This document shows positions 28,082-38,540 of a DNA stretch of 40,671 bases, piece after piece. Position 1 is the first letter of the stretch. Each line of letters opens with the position of its first letter. The stretch lies in NCBI GenBank assembly GCA_035702685.1, contig DASSQF010000150.1:1-40671 (forward strand), given 5' to 3'. The notes beneath the pieces were generated by a model that made no database searches, had not been told where the DNA came from, and saw nothing but the letters and a program-made list of their open reading frames with translations. The translations under genes and the position numbers were made by a program. The DNA comes from Propionibacteriaceae bacterium. GTDB lineage: Bacteria > Actinomycetota > Actinomycetes > Propionibacteriales > Propionibacteriaceae.

Positions 28082-29062
28082 ATGGCATTGACCCAGCAGG
28101 TGAAGTCCGAACTGGCGACAGTGGTGACGACGAAGCCCTGCTGCCGCCGAGCCGAGGCCGCCGCGATGCTGCGCTTCGGCGGGGGCCTGCACCTGGCCGG
28201 CGGGAAGATCATCGTCGAGGCCGAGCTCGACACCGGCGCCGCTGCCCGTCGACTGCGCTCCACCATCACGGAGGTCTTCGGGCTGGAGTCCGAGCTGGTC
28301 ACGGTCACGTCCTCCGGCCTGCGCCGCGGCACCCGGTACATCGTCCGCCTCATCCGCGACGGTGGCGCCCTTGCCCGCCAGACCGGGCTCGTCGACAAGC
28401 GCGGCCGCCCCGTACGTGGCCTGCCGCCCTCCGTGGTCGGCGGCGGCATCTGCGACTCGGTCGCGACGTGGCGCGGTGCGTTCCTGGCGCACGGCTCGCT
28501 CACGGAGCCGGGCAGGTCCATGTCCATGGAGGTGACCTGCCCCGGTCAGGAGTCCGCCCTCGCGCTCGTGGGCGCTGCCCGTCGGCTCGGGATCGTCGCC
28601 AAGCCGCGTGACGTACGGGGCGTCGACAGGGTCGTCATCCGCGACGGCGACGCGATCGCGGCGATGCTCACCCGGCTCGGTGCTCACCAGACGGTGCTCG
28701 CGTGGGAGGAGCGTCGCGTGCGGCGCGAGGTACGCGCCTCGGCGAACCGTCTCGCGAACTTCGACGACGCGAACCTGCGCCGCTCCGCGCACGCAGCGGT
28801 CGCGGCCGGGATGCGCGTGAGCCGAGCGCTGGAGATCCTCGGCGACGACGTACCGTCCCACCTCCTGACCGCAGGCACCCTCCGGCTGGACCACAAGCAG
28901 GCCTCCCTCGAGGAGCTCGGAGCCCTCCACGTACCGCCCCTGACGAAGGACGCGGTGGCCGGTCGGATCAGGAGGCTGCTGGCCATGGCCGACCGTCGTG
29001 CAGCGGAGCTCGGAGTGCCCGATACGGCGGCTGTACTGCCTCCTGACTACGACGACCAGTAG
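28082..29062 (+). CDS. whiA: DNA-binding sporulation/cell-division regulator WhiA
   Basis: [21 protein letters not shown]-terminus, degenerate homing-endonuclease-like core, and a C-terminal HTH region. Conserved rapZ-yvcK-whiA order. Confidence 0.95.
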   Translation: MALTQQVKSELATVVTTKPCCRRAEAAAMLRFGGGLHLAGGKIIVEAELDTGAAARRLRSTITEVFGLESELVTVTSSGLRRGTRYIVRLIRDGGALARQTGLVDKRGRPVRGLPPSVVGGGICDSVATWRGAFLAHGSLTEPGRSMSMEVTCPGQESALALVGAARRLGIVAKPRDVRGVDRVVIRDGDAIAAMLTRLGAHQTVLAWEERRVRREVRASANRLANFDDANLRRSAHAAVAAGMRVSRALEILGDDVPSHLLTAGTLRLDHKQASLEELGALHVPPLTKDAVAGRIRRLLAMADRRAAELGVPDTAAVLPPDYDDQ

Positions 29063-29136
29063 TCGTCACCGACTCTCGACCCGGGTGCGCGGGCCAGGCT
29101 CACATTCGTTAGGCTGACTGCGTCCGAACGTCTGTT

Positions 29137-29158
29137 CCGGGTGCTTGGGAGCACCCGG
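29137..29158 (+). other. Hairpin in the gap 5' leader just upstream of the SD
   Basis: CCGGGTGC-ttggga-GCACCCGG (8-bp stem), followed by tgatAAGGAGtcctgcacATG. Confidence 0.3.
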
Positions 29159-29164
29159 TGATAA

Positions 29165-30184
<1,020 letters not shown>

Positions 30185-30213
30185 CAACTCTCTTCTCCTA
30201 GAAAGGCCCACCC

Positions 30214-31416
30214 GTGAGGTCAGTACCCGACCTTGGCGCGCTCGAAGGCAAGCGCGTCCTGATTCGCTGTGATTTCAATGTCCCGCTCGACGGCGACGTC
30301 ATCACCGACGACGGGCGCATCCGCGCCGCGCTGCCGACGCTCACAGGCCTCCGCGAGGCCGGCGCGAAGGTCGTGGTACTGGCCCACCTGGGCCGGCCCA
30401 AGGGGCAGGTCAACCCGAAGTACAGCCTCGCCCCGGCCGCCAAGCGGCTGGGCGAGCTGCTGGGCACCGACGTGAAGCTCGCCACGGACGTGGTGGGCGA
30501 GTCCGCCCAGGCCATGGCGGCAGGTCTCGCCAACGGTGAGATCGGCATGTGCGAGAACGTCCGCTACGAGCCGGGTGAGGAGAGCAAGGACGACGCCGAG
30601 CGCGGCGCCCTCGCCGCCAAGTACGCGGCTCTCGCGGACGTCTTCGTCTCCGACGGCTTCGGTGTGGTCCACCGCAAGCAGGCCTCCGTGTACGACGTCG
30701 CGAAGCTCCTGCCGTCCGCGGCGGGGTCGCTCGTGGCGAAGGAGGTCGAGGTTCTTCGCACGCTCACCGAGCAGCCGGCCCGTCCGTACGTGGTCGTCCT
30801 CGGCGGGGCGAAGGTCGCCGACAAGCTCGCGGTCATCGACAACCTGCTCAAGGTCGCAGACACCCTCGTCGTGGGCGGCGGCATGAGCTACACGTTCCTC
30901 AAGGCCAAGGGCTACGAGGTCGGCAGCTCGATCCTCGACGCGGACAACGTCGAGACCTGCAAGGGCTACCTCGCGCAGGCCGAGGCCGCCGGCAAGACGA
31001 TCCTCCTGCCGGTGGACACCCGTGTCGCGGCGGAGTTCGACTTCGCCGGCCGGACGGTGTCCGAGGTGACGGTCGTCCCGTCCGACCAGATCCCCGCCGA
31101 CCAGGGCGGCCTGGACATCGGCCCCGAGTCCGAGAAGCTGTTCGCCGACGCCATCCTCGGCGCCAAGACGGTGTTCTGGAACGGGCCCATGGGCGTCTTC
31201 GAGATCGAGGCGCTGGCCTCCGGCACCAAGGCTGTCGCGGCGGCACTGGCTGACACCGACGCGTTCACCGTCGTGGGTGGCGGCGACTCCGCCGCGGCCG
31301 TGCGCCAGCTCGGCTTCGCCGACGACGCGTTCGGCCACATCTCGACCGGCGGCGGTGCGTCGCTGGAGTACCTCGAGGGCAAGACCCTGCCGGGTCTGTC
31401 CGTGCTGGAAGGCTGA
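30214..31416 (+). CDS. pgk: Phosphoglycerate kinase
   Basis: GTG 30214. [24 protein letters not shown] and STGGGASLE. Confidence 0.96.
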   Translation: MRSVPDLGALEGKRVLIRCDFNVPLDGDVITDDGRIRAALPTLTGLREAGAKVVVLAHLGRPKGQVNPKYSLAPAAKRLGELLGTDVKLATDVVGESAQAMAAGLANGEIGMCENVRYEPGEESKDDAERGALAAKYAALADVFVSDGFGVVHRKQASVYDVAKLLPSAAGSLVAKEVEVLRTLTEQPARPYVVVLGGAKVADKLAVIDNLLKVADTLVVGGGMSYTFLKAKGYEVGSSILDADNVETCKGYLAQAEAAGKTILLPVDTRVAAEFDFAGRTVSEVTVVPSDQIPADQGGLDIGPESEKLFADAILGAKTVFWNGPMGVFEIEALASGTKAVAAALADTDAFTVVGGGDSAAAVRQLGFADDAFGHISTGGGASLEYLEGKTLPGLSVLEG

Positions 31417-31419
31417 CCG

Positions 31420-32199
31420 ATGGCGAAGCGCACCCCGCTCATGGCGGGCAACTGGAAGATGAACCTCAACCACGTCGAGGCGACCGGCCTGGTCCAGAAG
31501 CTCGCGTGGACGCTCGCCGACCACAAGTACAACCCGTCGACGACCGAGGCCGCCGTCATCGTGCCCTTCACCGACATCCGGACGGTCCAGACGCTCATCG
31601 AGGCTGAGAAGTACCCCATCGCGTGGGGCGCGCAGGACGTCTCCGTCCACGCGTCCGGCGCGTACACGGGTGAGATCTCGGCGGAGATGCTAGCGAAGCT
31701 CGGCTGCACGTACGTCGTCGTGGGCCACTCGGAGCGCCGTGAGTACCACGGCGAGACCGACGAGACCATCAACGCCAAGGCGAAGGCGGTCATCGGCGCC
31801 GGCATGACGCCGATCATCTGCTGCGGCGAGGTCCTGTCGATCCGCAAGGAGGGCCGTCAGGTCGAGCACGTCCTCGGCCAGGTGACCGCCTGCCTCGACG
31901 GGCTCACCGCCGAGCAGGTGGGCGCGCTCGTCATCGCGTACGAGCCCGTGTGGGCCATCGGCACGGGCGAGGTCGCCACGCCGGCCGACGCCCAGGAGGT
32001 GTGCGGGGCGATCCGCGGCAAGGTGTCCGAGCTCCTCGGCGCGGCCGCGGCGGAGGCTGTACGGATCCAGTACGGCGGCTCGGTGAAGTCCGGCAACGTC
32101 GTCGACATCATGGCTCAGCCTGACGTCGACGGTGCCCTCGTCGGAGGCGCGAGCCTCGACGCGGAGGAGTTCGCGAAGATCGTCCTCTTCCAGGGCTGA
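31420..32199 (+). CDS. tpiA: Triosephosphate isomerase
   Basis: [27 protein letters not shown]. Confidence 0.96.
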   Translation: MAKRTPLMAGNWKMNLNHVEATGLVQKLAWTLADHKYNPSTTEAAVIVPFTDIRTVQTLIEAEKYPIAWGAQDVSVHASGAYTGEISAEMLAKLGCTYVVVGHSERREYHGETDETINAKAKAVIGAGMTPIICCGEVLSIRKEGRQVEHVLGQVTACLDGLTAEQVGALVIAYEPVWAIGTGEVATPADAQEVCGAIRGKVSELLGAAAAEAVRIQYGGSVKSGNVVDIMAQPDVDGALVGGASLDAEEFAKIVLFQG

Positions 32200-32215
32200 T
32201 CTGTTCAGGAACGAG

Positions 32216-32249
32216 ACGGCGCCGGTGGCTGACGAAGCCCCGGCGCCGT
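32216..32249 (+). terminator. Hairpin after tpiA
   Basis: ACGGCGCCGG-14 nt loop-CCGGCGCCGT, a perfect 10-bp stem 17 nt after the tpiA stop, followed by TTCG. Confidence 0.4.
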
Positions 32250-32327
32250 TCGCCGTCCCGGGCAGGCGTGGCTGGTGGCGCAGGGACGCCCGGCGCGGCC
32301 GGTTCTTCGGGGAAGGCACGGCTGGGT

Positions 32328-32333
32328 TACGAT
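32328..32333 (+). promoter_or_regulatory. Candidate -10 hexamer TACGAT placed for a leaderless secG mRNA
   Basis: TACGAT, then 6 nt, then GTG 32340. Confidence 0.35.
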
Positions 32334-32339
32334 GTGCGG

Positions 32340-32606
32340 GTGAGTCTGCTCGTCCCCCTGATCACCTGGCCCGTCCTCAGCGTGTCCATCGGCCTCGTGA
32401 TCACCAGCGTGATCCTGGCCCTGTTCATCCTGCTCCACAAGGGCAAGGGCGGCGGCATGTCCGACCTCTTCGGCGGAGGCATGTCGACGGCCATGGGCGG
32501 CACCAGTGTCGCCGAGCGCAACCTCGACCGCATCACCATCATCGTCGGGTCGCTGTGGCTGGCGTGTATCGTCGCGCTGCTGATCATGTACCGATTCGGC
32601 GTCTAG
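32340..32606 (+). CDS. secG: Preprotein translocase subunit SecG
   Basis: 88 aa with two TM helices and the LLHKGKGGGMSDLFGGG motif. The track ORF starts at 32268. GTG 32340 (or 32334) is preferred from size and the -10 geometry. Confidence 0.85.
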   Translation: MSLLVPLITWPVLSVSIGLVITSVILALFILLHKGKGGGMSDLFGGGMSTAMGGTSVAERNLDRITIIVGSLWLACIVALLIMYRFGV

Positions 32607-32655
32607 CCGGACCGCGGTTCTCACGAGTCCAGAACAACGATCGAGGAGTTTGACT

Positions 32656-33012
32656 GTGGCCGGAGGTAGCGCCATTCGTGGCAGCCGCGTCGGTGCGGGA
32701 CCCATGGGGGAGGCGGAGCGCGGCGACGCGGCTCCTCGCCTGTACGTCTCGTACTTCTGCGCGAACATGCACGAGACCCGTCCCGCGTTCGCGGCGGAGG
32801 CCCAGGTTCCCCTGGAGTGGGACTGCCCGCGGTGCGGCCTGCCCGCGAACCTCGATTCCGAGAACCCCCCGCCACCGCCGAAGATCCTGCCGTACAAGAC
32901 GCACCTCGCGTACGTGAAGGAGCGCCGCACCTCTGCCGAGGCGCGGACGATCCTCGAGGAGGCGCTTCAGGGCCTGCGCGACCGCAGGGCCCGCGGCGAG
33001 GTCATCTACTGA
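32656..33012 (+). CDS. rbpA: RNA polymerase-binding protein RbpA
   Basis: GAGGAG SD 7 nt upstream of GTG 32656. AIRGSRVGAG N-terminus, a Cys/His core (YFCANMHE...CPRCG), a basic linker, and the sigma-interaction helix KTHLAYVKERRT. Confidence 0.9.
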   Translation: MAGGSAIRGSRVGAGPMGEAERGDAAPRLYVSYFCANMHETRPAFAAEAQVPLEWDCPRCGLPANLDSENPPPPPKILPYKTHLAYVKERRTSAEARTILEEALQGLRDRRARGEVIY

Positions 33013-33032
33013 TCCAGCGCTCGCATTTCGTG

Positions 33033-33056
33033 ACGGCCGGCCCTCGGGCCGGCCGT
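33033..33056. terminator. Bidirectional terminator hairpin between convergent rbpA and pgl
   Basis: ACGGCCGGCC-ctcg-GGCCGGCCGT, a perfect 10-bp stem flanked by TTTCGTG and TTCGTG. Confidence 0.6.
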
Positions 33057-33065
33057 TCGTGCGTC

Positions 33066-33797
33066 CTAGAGGTTGCAGGAGTGGAACGGCAGCTCCGCGG
33101 CGGCGGCCTCGTCGAGGAACCACACGGTACGGTCGACGCCGCTGACGTGCGTGGAGATGGTCGTCGCGTCGCCCCGGAACGTCCGGGCCACGGCGTCCGC
33201 CTTCTCCTTGCCCGTGGCGAGCAGCCACACCTCGCGTGACCTGTTGATGGTGGCGAGGCTGAGTGACACCTGCTCCGGCGGAGGCTTGGGCGCGTCGGTG
33301 ACGCCGACGGCGATCGCCGAGGTCGGCTCAGCGGCCGGATGGTCAGGGTGCAGCGCGGCGACGTGGCCGTTCTCGCCGACGCCCAGGAGGCAGATGTCGA
33401 TGGTCCGGCCGGCGAGGTCGGTGCCGTACGTCAGGGCTGCCTGGGCAGGGTCGGGGGAGGCGTCGGACGACGGCATGGGGTGGGTACGGGACGGCGACAG
33501 CGGGAACGTACCGGCGAGGCGCGACAGCGCCTGGAGCGAGTTCCGGCGAGGGTCGTCCGTCGGGACGAACGCCTCGTCGGTCCACCACAGCTCGAGGGCG
33601 CCGGGGTCGACCTTCGACCGGCCCACGACGCGCGACAGGTGCTCGTAGGCGAGGTTGGCGACCCGGCCTCCCGTGAGGCACAGCTCGACGACGCGGCCGT
33701 CGGCCTGCAGCGTCTCGATGCGCTTGACGAGAGAGTCCGCGACGTCCTGCGCCAGCATCTCGGGATTGGGCAGGCGGCGCACCACCCGGGGGCTCAT
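33066..33797 (-). CDS. pgl: 6-phosphogluconolactonase
   Basis: ATG 33797 overlaps the opcA stop (ATGA). LCLTGG and LLGVGENGHVAAL motifs. 243 aa. The track ORF extension to 34427 is rejected. Confidence 0.9.
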   Translation of the reverse strand: MSPRVVRRLPNPEMLAQDVADSLVKRIETLQADGRVVELCLTGGRVANLAYEHLSRVVGRSKVDPGALELWWTDEAFVPTDDPRRNSLQALSRLAGTFPLSPSRTHPMPSSDASPDPAQAALTYGTDLAGRTIDICLLGVGENGHVAALHPDHPAAEPTSAIAVGVTDAPKPPPEQVSLSLATINRSREVWLLATGKEKADAVARTFRGDATTISTHVSGVDRTVWFLDEAAAAELPFHSCNL

Positions 33798-34930
33798 GAG
33801 GCCTCCGCCGCGTGGGCGTCCCCGGCGCGGACCGCGCCAGTCCCCTCGTGGGGGTGTGACTCGGCTGCGTGCGCGTGTCCGCCGTGGAGGGGCGGCTCGT
33901 GGCGTACCAGCGCTTCCTGCACCCTGGCGGCCTTGCGGCTCCCGGCCCGCGCGCCAGTCTTCGCGACCTTGGCGGCGGCGATGGCGCCCGCCTCCTTGCG
34001 CTTGCGGGTGGGCTCGGGCTTCGGCATGCTGCGGCCCTCGCGCGTGCAGAAGGTGGCGAGCGCTGCCGCGTAGACGTCGTCCGCGTCGAGCCGTCGGAGC
34101 TCCTCGGTGAGCAGCTCGTTGATGTCGCGCCGCTTGAGCGCGACGGTCCGGCGGGGCTGCCCCGGGATCGCGTACGACGCGGTCTTGCCGTCCTCGCGGG
34201 CGATGACGATGTCGCCGCCGGGGGTGGTGAGCATGACGCTCGTGATGCCAGGTCCCGCCGAGTGCGTACGGGTCACCGGCACCTTGAGGCGGCTCTCGAG
34301 CCAGGCAGCCATGAGGTCGGCGGGGGCGTTGTTGCGGGGGCCCACCACCGTGGCGGACAGCACCCGCATCGGGTACTGGTCCAGGGCTGCCGTGAGCAGC
34401 GCCCGCCACAGCGTCAGCCGCGTCCACGTCAGGTCCGTGTCGCCCGCCGAGTGATGCATCGCTCGCACCTCAAGGGCCTTGACGGGGTCGGTGCTGCTCG
34501 CGGAGTCCGTGATCCGGCGGTCGGCCAGCTGCCCGAGCTGGTCGTCGCCGGGCGCGTCGGGTGCGCGGCCCGGCCACCACATGACGACGGGCGAGTCGGG
34601 CAGCAGCATGGGCAGGACGACGGAGTCCGCGTGGTCGCGAACCTCGCCGGACAGGCGCAGGACGATGACCTCACCCGGGACGTCCTCGGCGAGGTGGATC
34701 TCCGCGTCCAGCCGGTCCGTCTTGCCGCTCGTCTTGACGACGAGGATGAGCCGGCAGGGGTGCTCGCGGGCGGCGGTCTGGGCCGCCGCGTACGCCTTGG
34801 AGAACGATCGCTGCTCGGCCGCCACGATGAGGGTGAGCACGAGGCCCGAGGCGCTGCCCAGGCGGCTGCGCGCGTGGAGCAGGGCGTTCGCGATCTCGCT
34901 GGTGTCCGTGTGCGTCAGTGTGATGATCAT
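33794..34930 (-). CDS. opcA: Glucose-6-phosphate dehydrogenase assembly protein OpcA, with an unusual 77-aa C-terminal tail
   Basis: OpcA-like sequence (VLTLIVAAE, PMLLPDSPVVMWWPG, DLTWTRLTLWR) between zwf and pgl. AGGAG SD overlaps the zwf stop. Confidence 0.9.
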   Translation of the reverse strand: MIITLTHTDTSEIANALLHARSRLGSASGLVLTLIVAAEQRSFSKAYAAAQTAAREHPCRLILVVKTSGKTDRLDAEIHLAEDVPGEVIVLRLSGEVRDHADSVVLPMLLPDSPVVMWWPGRAPDAPGDDQLGQLADRRITDSASSTDPVKALEVRAMHHSAGDTDLTWTRLTLWRALLTAALDQYPMRVLSATVVGPRNNAPADLMAAWLESRLKVPVTRTHSAGPGITSVMLTTPGGDIVIAREDGKTASYAIPGQPRRTVALKRRDINELLTEELRRLDADDVYAAALATFCTREGRSMPKPEPTRKRKEAGAIAAAKVAKTGARAGSRKAARVQEALVRHEPPLHGGHAHAAESHPHEGTGAVRAGDAHAAEAS

Positions 34931-34937
34931 GGGTCTC

Positions 34938-36476
34938 CTAGGGCCTCCGCCAGGCGTGGCCGTCGCGGGCGATCATCTCATGGGCGCCCGCTGGCCCCCA
35001 CGTCCCCGACTCGTAGTCCTCCGGCGGCGACTTGAGGCTCGCCCAGTAGTCGAGGACGGGGTCGAGGATCTGCCAGCCGAGCTCGACCTCCTCCTGCTGG
35101 GGGAACAGGGGCGGGTCGCCCAGCAGCACGTCGAGGAGCAGCCGCTCGTACGCCTCGGGAGACGACTCGGTGAAGGAGTCTCCGTAGCCGAAGTCCATGT
35201 TGACGTCGCGGATCTCCATCTGGCTGCCCGGCACCTTCGCCCCGAAGCGGAGCGTGACGCCCTCGTCGGGCTGGATCCGCATGACGAGTGCGTTCCTGCC
35301 CAGGTCGAGGGTGTCCGTGGCGGTGAAGGGCAGGTGTGGCGCCTTCCGGAAGCCGAGAGCGATCTCCGTGACGCGGCGGGGCAGCCGCTTGCCGGCCCGG
35401 AGGTAGAACGGCACCCCGGCCCAGCGGCGGCTGTCGATATCGAGCCGGAGGGCCGCGAACGTCTCCGTGGTGGACGTCGCCTTGAACCCCTCCTCCTCGA
35501 CGTAGCCGACGACGTGGCGTCCGCCCACCCAGCCCGCCGCGTACCGGCCGCGGGCCGCGTGGAGATCGGGCCGCTTCGGCGTGAGCACGGCCGACAGGAC
35601 CTTCTGCTTCTCGCGGCGCAGGTTCGTCGCGTCGAACGAGATCGGCTCGTCCATCGCGGTGAGGGCCAGCAGCTGGAGGAGGTGGTTCTGGATGACGTCA
35701 CGAGCCGCACCGATGCCGTCGTAGTAGCTCGCGCGGCCACCCACGCCGATGTCCTCGGCCATCGTGATCTGGACGTGGTCGACGTAGTGGTTGTTCCACA
35801 CCGGCTCGAACATCTCGTTCGCGAACCGGAGGGCCAGCAGGTTCTGGACCGTCTCCTTGCCGAGGTAGTGGTCGATGCGGAAGACCGACTTCGACGGGAA
35901 CGCCGTCGACAGCACCTGGTTGAGCTCCTTCGCGCTCTCCAGGTCGTGCCCGAACGGCTTCTCGATGACCACGCGCCGCCACCCGCCGCGGTCCGTGGCC
36001 GACAGGCCGGACCGGTTGAGGTTGCGGATGACCGTCTCGAACAGGCCCGGTGGGATGGACAGGTAGAAGGCGTGGTTCCCGTTCGTCCCGCGGAGCAGGT
36101 CGAGCTCCTCGATCGTGGCCGCGAGCTCCGCGTACGACGACTCCTCGTCGAGGTTGCCCTGGACGAACCGGATGCCCTCGCTGAGCTGACGCCAGACCTC
36201 CTCGCGGAACGGAGTCCGCGCGTACTGCCGCACCGCCTCGTGGACGCGGGACGCGAAGTCCTCGTCCGCCCACTCACGGCGCGCGAAGCCCACCAGCCCG
36301 AATCCCGGGGGCAGAAGGCCGCGGTTGGCGAGGTCGTACACGGCCGGCATGAGCTTCTTGCGAGCGAGGTCGCCGGTGACGCCGAACATCACGAGGACAC
36401 AGGGACCGGCGATGCGAGGGAGCCGACGGTCTGCTGGATCTCTCAGCGGGTTCCCGCTGAACCTCTCGTCTGCCAC
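34938..36476 (-). CDS. zwf: Glucose-6-phosphate 1-dehydrogenase
   Basis: GTG 36476 with GAGGAGAGGA upstream. VMFGVTGDLARKKL NADP motif and RIDHYLGKE active site. 512 aa. Confidence 0.96.
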   Translation of the reverse strand: MADERFSGNPLRDPADRRLPRIAGPCVLVMFGVTGDLARKKLMPAVYDLANRGLLPPGFGLVGFARREWADEDFASRVHEAVRQYARTPFREEVWRQLSEGIRFVQGNLDEESSYAELAATIEELDLLRGTNGNHAFYLSIPPGLFETVIRNLNRSGLSATDRGGWRRVVIEKPFGHDLESAKELNQVLSTAFPSKSVFRIDHYLGKETVQNLLALRFANEMFEPVWNNHYVDHVQITMAEDIGVGGRASYYDGIGAARDVIQNHLLQLLALTAMDEPISFDATNLRREKQKVLSAVLTPKRPDLHAARGRYAAGWVGGRHVVGYVEEEGFKATSTTETFAALRLDIDSRRWAGVPFYLRAGKRLPRRVTEIALGFRKAPHLPFTATDTLDLGRNALVMRIQPDEGVTLRFGAKVPGSQMEIRDVNMDFGYGDSFTESSPEAYERLLLDVLLGDPPLFPQQEEVELGWQILDPVLDYWASLKSPPEDYESGTWGPAGAHEMIARDGHAWRRP

Positions 36477-36591
36477 CGTCGTCCTCTCCTCGTGGTTGCC
36501 AGGCTACCTACCGGGACAGAGCCCGACTAGGACGAACGGCTTACCAGGAAAGCCTATTCCTCACTGTCGACCTCCGCATGACACGCCGACC

Positions 36592-37533
36592 TCACCGACC
36601 GAGCAGCCACGGGTCGAGCGCCGCGGCCGCGAAGACGAGGGCGAGGTACGTGTTGGACCAGTGGAACAGCCGCATCGGGCGCGCGCCCGTGTCGTCCGCC
36701 CCCGCGTTCGCGCGCCGCAGCAGCATGACCGCCTCGACGATGAGCCAGGCGCCGCACGCGCCTGCCACCACCGGGTAGAGCCAGCCGGTACGGGCGACGG
36801 GCCACAGTGCGAGGCTCGTGAGGACCGTGAGCACCGAGTACTGGAGGATCCGTCGGGCGACCGTCGGGCGGCTCGCGACGACCGGCAACATCGGCACCCC
36901 GCCGGCCTCGTAGTCCTGCCGGTACCGCCAGGCCAGCGCCCACGTGTGCGGTGGGGTCCAGAAGAAGACGATGAGGAAGAGGATGACCGGCGGCCAGGCC
37001 ACACTCCCGGTGACCGCGGTCCAGCCGATGAGCGGGGGGAAGCAGCCGGCGATCCCGCCCCAGATGATGTTCTGCGACGTCCAGCGCTTGAGCCACATGG
37101 TGTAGACGAACACGTACAGCGCGTTCGCCAGGAGCGCCAGCCATGCCGACAGCCAGTTCACGGCGAGGCCGAGCACCAGGACGGAGGCGACACCGAGCAC
37201 GGTCCCGAACAGCGCGGCGGCCTGGCGGCTCACCCGGTGCCGGGGCAGGGCGCGCGTGCGTGTCCGCCGCATGAGCTCGTCGATGTCGGCGTCGATGACG
37301 TTGTTGTACGTGTTCGCGCTGCCCGCGGCGAGGTAGCCACCGGCCATGGTCGCCAGCATGAGGCGCCAAGAGGGCACCCCGTGGGCCGCGAGGAACATGG
37401 CCGGGAGCGTCGTGACGAGCAGGAGCTCGACGATGCGCGGCTTGGTGAGACCCACGTACGCGGCGATGACGTCGCGCGTCGTGACCGCCGGCCCGACGTG
37501 CGGCACGGTCGCGGTTCCCACGGGTGCGGTCAC
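36592..37533 (-). CDS. ctaB: Protoheme IX farnesyltransferase (heme O synthase)
   Basis: UbiA-type prenyltransferase (NTYNNVIDADID, FFWTPPHTWALA). GTG 37533 (GGGAG 4 nt upstream) preferred over GTG 37572 and the track start at 37653. Confidence 0.9.
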   Translation of the reverse strand: MTAPVGTATVPHVGPAVTTRDVIAAYVGLTKPRIVELLLVTTLPAMFLAAHGVPSWRLMLATMAGGYLAAGSANTYNNVIDADIDELMRRTRTRALPRHRVSRQAAALFGTVLGVASVLVLGLAVNWLSAWLALLANALYVFVYTMWLKRWTSQNIIWGGIAGCFPPLIGWTAVTGSVAWPPVILFLIVFFWTPPHTWALAWRYRQDYEAGGVPMLPVVASRPTVARRILQYSVLTVLTSLALWPVARTGWLYPVVAGACGAWLIVEAVMLLRRANAGADDTGARPMRLFHWSNTYLALVFAAAALDPWLLGR

Positions 37534-37573
37534 GGAGCTCCCTCGTCGTATCGTCGGGTGGGCGCCGAGCACT

Positions 37574-38497
37574 CTAGCCCGCGTTCCGTACGGAGGCCAC
37601 CTCGCGCAGCGACCACAGAACATGCGTGGTGACGGCGGTGAGGACCGCGACACCCGCCATGTGGAGGGCCACCCCCAGGACGGGCAGCCCCGTGAAGTAC
37701 TGGACGTAGCCGATGACGCCCTGGAGCAGCTGTACCGCGAGCAGTGCCGCGACGAGGCGCGACTTCGTCATGGCGAGGAGGACGATCGTGAGCCCGAGCA
37801 GTGCCCACACCGCCGTCGCGTGCACATGGGCGGCCAGCTCGGGGTCGATGCCGTTCCGCTCCACCGCCCCGTCTCCCGCGTGCGGCCCCGCACCGGTGAC
37901 GACGGTACCGAGCAGGATGACGAGCCCGGTCAGCGCGACGACGGCCAGGGTCAGCCGACGGACGAGGCGCGAGACGGTGAGCGCGCCGGTGTCGTACGTG
38001 CGGTGCACCATGACGACGCAGAGGCCGATGATCGCGACGGACAGCACCATGTGCAGGGCGACGACCCACGGGTTGAGGTGCGTGAGCACGGTGATGCCGC
38101 CGATGACGCCCTGCAGGGGGATCCCGAGGGCGACGACGACGGCGAGGATCCGGATGGGACGCATCGGAGCGCCGGCGGCCGTCGTCCTGACCCGGAACGC
38201 GGTGATGACCGTGCCGACCGCTAGCGCAACGAGCACGAACGTCAGGAGCCGGTTGCCGAACTCGATGACCCCGTGGACGCCGAGCTCGGGCTGGGGCACG
38301 TAGTCGCTGCCGCTGCACTGCGGCCAGGTCGGGCAGCCGAGACCGGAGCTCGTGAGCCTCACCACGGCGCCGGTGACGACGAGGAGCATGTTCACCGCCA
38401 GAGACGCGACGGCCCACGCCCGGAGCGCGGACACCGTGCCGAAGAGGCGTCGCGCGAGGGGTGCGGGGGCCGAGGTGGTCGTCGTGGCGGTGGTCAC
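37574..38497 (-). CDS. ctaA: Heme A synthase (COX15/CtaA)
   Basis: Multi-TM protein with a loop Cys pair (GLGCPTWPQC) and conserved His positions (HGVIEFGNR, LHMVLS, HVHATA, LHMAGV). Confidence 0.85.
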   Translation of the reverse strand: MTTATTTTSAPAPLARRLFGTVSALRAWAVASLAVNMLLVVTGAVVRLTSSGLGCPTWPQCSGSDYVPQPELGVHGVIEFGNRLLTFVLVALAVGTVITAFRVRTTAAGAPMRPIRILAVVVALGIPLQGVIGGITVLTHLNPWVVALHMVLSVAIIGLCVVMVHRTYDTGALTVSRLVRRLTLAVVALTGLVILLGTVVTGAGPHAGDGAVERNGIDPELAAHVHATAVWALLGLTIVLLAMTKSRLVAALLAVQLLQGVIGYVQYFTGLPVLGVALHMAGVAVLTAVTTHVLWSLREVASVRNAG

Positions 38498-38504
38498 GGC
38501 GACG

Positions 38505-38510
38505 AGTCTA
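38505..38510 (-). promoter_or_regulatory. Candidate -10 hexamer TAGACT placed for a leaderless ctaA mRNA
   Basis: Minus strand reads TAGACT-cgtcgcc-GTG(38497). No SD. Confidence 0.3.
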
Positions 38511-38540
38511 GGGGGAGTGCGTGGACCCGCCCGTACCTTG

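Noticed and set aside
29126-29137. LexA/SOS-box-like core GAAC-GTCT-GTTC upstream of gap. Near-misses with 5-nt spacers lie inside zwf (TCGAAC-ATCTC-GTTCG, 35806-35821) and divIVA (about 4916-4928).
   Set aside because: A single 4+4 core is expected by chance about once in 40 kb, and its flanks are not palindromic. It sits before a glycolytic gene, and the N5 variants are intragenic. No such box lies near uvrA, uvrB, uvrC or polA.
32860-32880. Run of five proline codons (ENPPPPPKILPYK) in rbpA as a potential EF-P-dependent stalling or regulatory site.
   Set aside because: The Pro-rich basic linker is a normal feature of RbpA-type proteins. Nothing in the nucleotide context suggests attenuation.
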